Assembly (NCBI GenBank): GCA_900546435.1
Contig: URCQ01000007.1
Location: 17,150-81,149 of the forward strand
Source: an uncultured Pseudobutyrivibrio sp.
GTDB lineage: Bacteria; Bacillota; Clostridia; Lachnospirales; Lachnospiraceae
Reading direction: 5' to 3'
DNA length: 64,000 nucleotides
Shown here: positions 61,175-64,000 of the stretch, one piece after another
Numbering within the stretch: position 1 is the first letter of the stretch
How the letters are laid out: every line of letters starts with the position of its first letter
The notes under the pieces: generated by a model
What the model saw: the letters and a program-made list of their open reading frames with translations, nothing else
Databases searched by the model: none
Told to the model about the DNA's origin: nothing
Position numbers and translations under genes: made by a program

Positions 61175-63999
61175 GACACCCCTCCCCTATGTGAGCAAAT
61201 CGACGTTTTCATTTTGATACATGCATTGTCTTTTATGTAATAACCATCGCCAGGTACGATTGGTTTTTTATAATTACGAGATATTGCCAATGGTACATCA
61301 AAAATTTTCATATTACTGATATCATCAAAATATATAAAATTTCGTTGATCACGAATATTCTTCATGATTTCCGATGCGCTATAAGGTATATTTGCATTTT
61401 CCACAAATGCTATCATGCAAACTTTCATTTCCTTATATCTGCCCACAATATTTTTGTAAGCAGCAAGCGCTTCTGGATCATTACTAATAGCATCTAGTGC
61501 ATCAGGATTATCCACAACAAGCATAAGAAGCTCTGCATTTTTAAGAATCTCATCATTACCTGCAACAAGAGCATCATATCTCTCTTTTACCTGCTGTTCG
61601 ATTTCCTTCATGTACAAAATCGCATCATCAGCCACCACAGTATATGCCACGGTATGATCACACTCTTTTAGAGATGAAAGTTTTTTCCCTATATGATCCA
61701 CCACATACACCTTACTCATCTCTGGGTATTCCGTAGCAATCATATCGATAGAATATTTTAACCAATTGTGTCGTCCAGCCCCCTCACGTCCTGTGATTGC
61801 CAATAATCCTGCTGATGCAAAATCCAACACACAAGGCGTAACGGTCGCATAATCAAGCCCAATGACGATTGAGAATTGTTCCTTCATATATTGACCAAAT
61901 TGCTCTACCATAAATCCCTTTGTAAGCGATGCCGGAATCAATGGAATTCTTTTTGCTATCGTATTTTTATTTCGACTATTTGTTTCAGAAATGTATTGTT
62001 TTATTTCCTGAACTCTGTCAATTTCCTTTTCCCCCTGAAATGCAAGATAGGACTGACACTCATACTGTTTCTTATCCCTCTCAATAATTGCTCTTCCAGG
62101 GATATTATCAATTCGCTCACTGCAATAATCAAACAACGCACTATACTCATTTGAATCATTACAATACAATGCCATTCTTGTAGAAAAATTAGATAAATAC
62201 TTATAGCCAAACCCTGCTGTTTGCGCGTTTGCAATAACAATACTCATGCCAACCGTTAATCCCTCTCTGCAAAGAGCAAGGAGCTCATCATCTTCATTAA
62301 AGTAAAGTTCTTTTAAAGCTGTAAGATTATCTATGATTAACACAATAAGTGGAAGTTCTCTTCCCCCTGCCTCTTTATACGCTGCAAATGAACTAACACC
62401 AGCAGACATCAGCTTTTCTTTTCTCGTCTCAACTTCTGTATGTAAAAGTTTAAACAAGTTCTTTAATTTTTCATCCTCAGAAGGACAAACAACGCCCCCC
62501 ACATGGCTTAAAGTCTCAAAATTTTTTAACACCCTAGATGCAAAATCAATGATATAAATATTAACCTCATCTGGTGTGTAGGTTGTTGATAGATTACGGA
62601 TAATCCCCTGTAACACATTTGTTTTACCCATTTGTGATGACCCAATAATCATGAGATTATTACATCCCAGCGCCACTGTATGTACTCCCTGATACTGATT
62701 TTCCGGATCATCATATATACCAAGTTCAACTTCATAACTTCCCATGCCCGCTGCATCTTTTTTTCGTATAGCAAATGCAACGTTCTCTCCCAAAGAAGGC
62801 AAACAAATATCCGGCAATTTCGGTAACTTTATTTTTTTACAATAGGCTGCAACGTAATTTACAATTGCATCTAACTGGGTCGTACTTCCTTCTCCATTCG
62901 TTTGTTTCTTTCTCGAATACACCGGTATGCGTTTTCCAGATTCTGTCAAATGATAAATAGAAAACTCTTTTTCATTTACGTCATCTGACTTTTCGAGAGC
63001 CCCACTATATGCAGATTGGAACAACTCGAAAATTTCATTATTGCCAACCTGTAAATAAGCTCGCCCAGGTTCCTTGATTTCTGCTGCAAAAGGTGCCTTT
63101 AAAACCTCATTACTATCCTCCTGGCTCTGTACTTTCAAGCAAAGTTTAAATCGGGAATTACTCCAAATCTGCTCATTCACTTGTCCCGAAGGTTTTTGCG
63201 TCGCAAGAATAAGATGTACACCAAGACTTCGACCAATACGTGCTGCTGAAATTAATTCTTTCATAAATTCTGGCTGTTCTGCCTTTAACTCAGCAAACTC
63301 ATCTACAATAATAATCAGATGTGGCAGTGGATTTTTTATTTTCCCAGCCTTATATTTCTTTATATATGTGTCAATATGATTAACGTCTGCTTCTGCAAAT
63401 AAGCGCTGACGTTTGCGCAATTCTGCTTTGATTGACTTTAATGAACGATTCATTTCTTTGCCATCAATATTCGTAATCGCCCCTAGCAAATGTGGCAAAG
63501 TTTTAAACTGATTTACCATTCCGCCACCTTTAAAATCAATAATGACAAATGCGACTTCATAAGGGTGATATAACGTAGCCATTGCTAAAATATACGTTTG
63601 TAAAAGTTCTGATTTACCAGAACCTGTTGTTCCTGCGACAAGCCCATGTGGTCCATGTGCCTTATCATGCAAATCTAACGAAACCACACCAGTTTTTGAA
63701 ACGCCAAGTGGTGCAGCCATCGAGCGAAACACCTGAGATGTTTCCCATCGAGCCTTAAGATCAATATCATCTACTGATAAAATCTCTAACAACTCAAAGA
63801 GCGTAATATTTTTTGTAAGTGTACTCTCGAGCGAAATCTCCTCTGTGTATACTGGTGCTAAAAATTTTACAATCTCTTTTGCCTGTGCCATTTGCATTTT
63901 TGGATAAACAAATTGCGATGTATCGCCTTTATTCTGCGTATTAACCAAAGTTGCATTTTCATCGTCTGTAATAGAAACAATATATCCACACCCCTGTGG
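61171..63999 (-). CDS. essC: T7SSb FtsK/SpoIIIE ATPase EssC (5' end beyond window)
   Basis: HGPHGLVAGTTGSGKSE, IDFKGGGM, DEFAELK, GRSLGVHLILATQKP; second P-loop GSSQMGKT; degenerate third GREGAGR; frame open to window end. Confidence 0.95.
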   Translation of the reverse strand, partial: PQGCGYIVSITDDENATLVNTQNKGDTSQFVYPKMQMAQAKEIVKFLAPVYTEEISLESTLTKNITLFELLEILSVDDIDLKARWETSQVFRSMAAPLGVSKTGVVSLDLHDKAHGPHGLVAGTTGSGKSELLQTYILAMATLYHPYEVAFVIIDFKGGGMVNQFKTLPHLLGAITNIDGKEMNRSLKSIKAELRKRQRLFAEADVNHIDTYIKKYKAGKIKNPLPHLIIIVDEFAELKAEQPEFMKELISAARIGRSLGVHLILATQKPSGQVNEQIWSNSRFKLCLKVQSQEDSNEVLKAPFAAEIKEPGRAYLQVGNNEIFELFQSAYSGALEKSDDVNEKEFSIYHLTESGKRIPVYSRKKQTNGEGSTTQLDAIVNYVAAYCKKIKLPKLPDICLPSLGENVAFAIRKKDAAGMGSYEVELGIYDDPENQYQGVHTVALGCNNLMIIGSSQMGKTNVLQGIIRNLSTTYTPDEVNIYIIDFASRVLKNFETLSHVGGVVCPSEDEKLKNLFKLLHTEVETRKEKLMSAGVSSFAAYKEAGGRELPLIVLIIDNLTALKELYFNEDDELLALCREGLTVGMSIVIANAQTAGFGYKYLSNFSTRMALYCNDSNEYSALFDYCSERIDNIPGRAIIERDKKQYECQSYLAFQGEKEIDRVQEIKQYISETNSRNKNTIAKRIPLIPASLTKGFMVEQFGQYMKEQFSIVIGLDYATVTPCVLDFASAGLLAITGREGAGRHNWLKYSIDMIATEYPEMSKVYVVDHIGKKLSSLKECDHTVAYTVVADDAILYMKEIEQQVKERYDALVAGNDEILKNAELLMLVVDNPDALDAISNDPEALAAYKNIVGRYKEMKVCMIAFVENANIPYSASEIMKNIRDQRNFIYFDDISNMKIFDVPLAISRNYKKPIVPGDGYYIKDNACIKMKTSICSHRGGVS

Positions 64000-64000
64000 A

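Noticed and set aside
1..64000. CRISPR array, tRNA/rRNA, transposase, integrase or prophage genes
   Set aside because: None recognised by eye; the many short opposite-strand ORFs in the track are shadows of real genes

Overview
Chromosomal segment of a spore-forming, low-GC Gram-positive anaerobe; gene content suggests Lachnospiraceae/Clostridia (inference). Most genes lie on the minus strand. The left third is core genome: NUDIX, rny, recX, recA with an SOS box, prfC, a complete spoIIIAA-AH operon, rpsU, alaS, rnhA, purine/MTA salvage genes and spoIVA. The middle is accessory metabolism. It holds a TetR-headed galactoside cluster (frameshifted GH2, an MGDG-synthase-like GT-B protein, a MelB-type transporter, GH36), galT, xpt, a doubly deleted NCS2 permease, an esterase, a UvrD-like helicase, PucR and ddh. 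The right part has three notable elements: (i) an apparent operon ECF-S/luxS/mtnN/orphan substrate-binding lipoprotein/hybrid histidine kinase; (ii) GGDEF proteins and ldh; (iii) the distal part of a type VIIb secretion locus, with essC, three small helical partners, a lipoprotein, a lipase with N-terminal catalytic and C-terminal helical domains, and a WXG100 gene. Several small ORFs missing from the supplied track were read by hand, including a tandem pair of paralogous 38/39-aa peptides in their own transcription unit. No rRNA, tRNA, CRISPR array, transposase or prophage was seen. All family assignments come from motif recognition by eye, not database searches.
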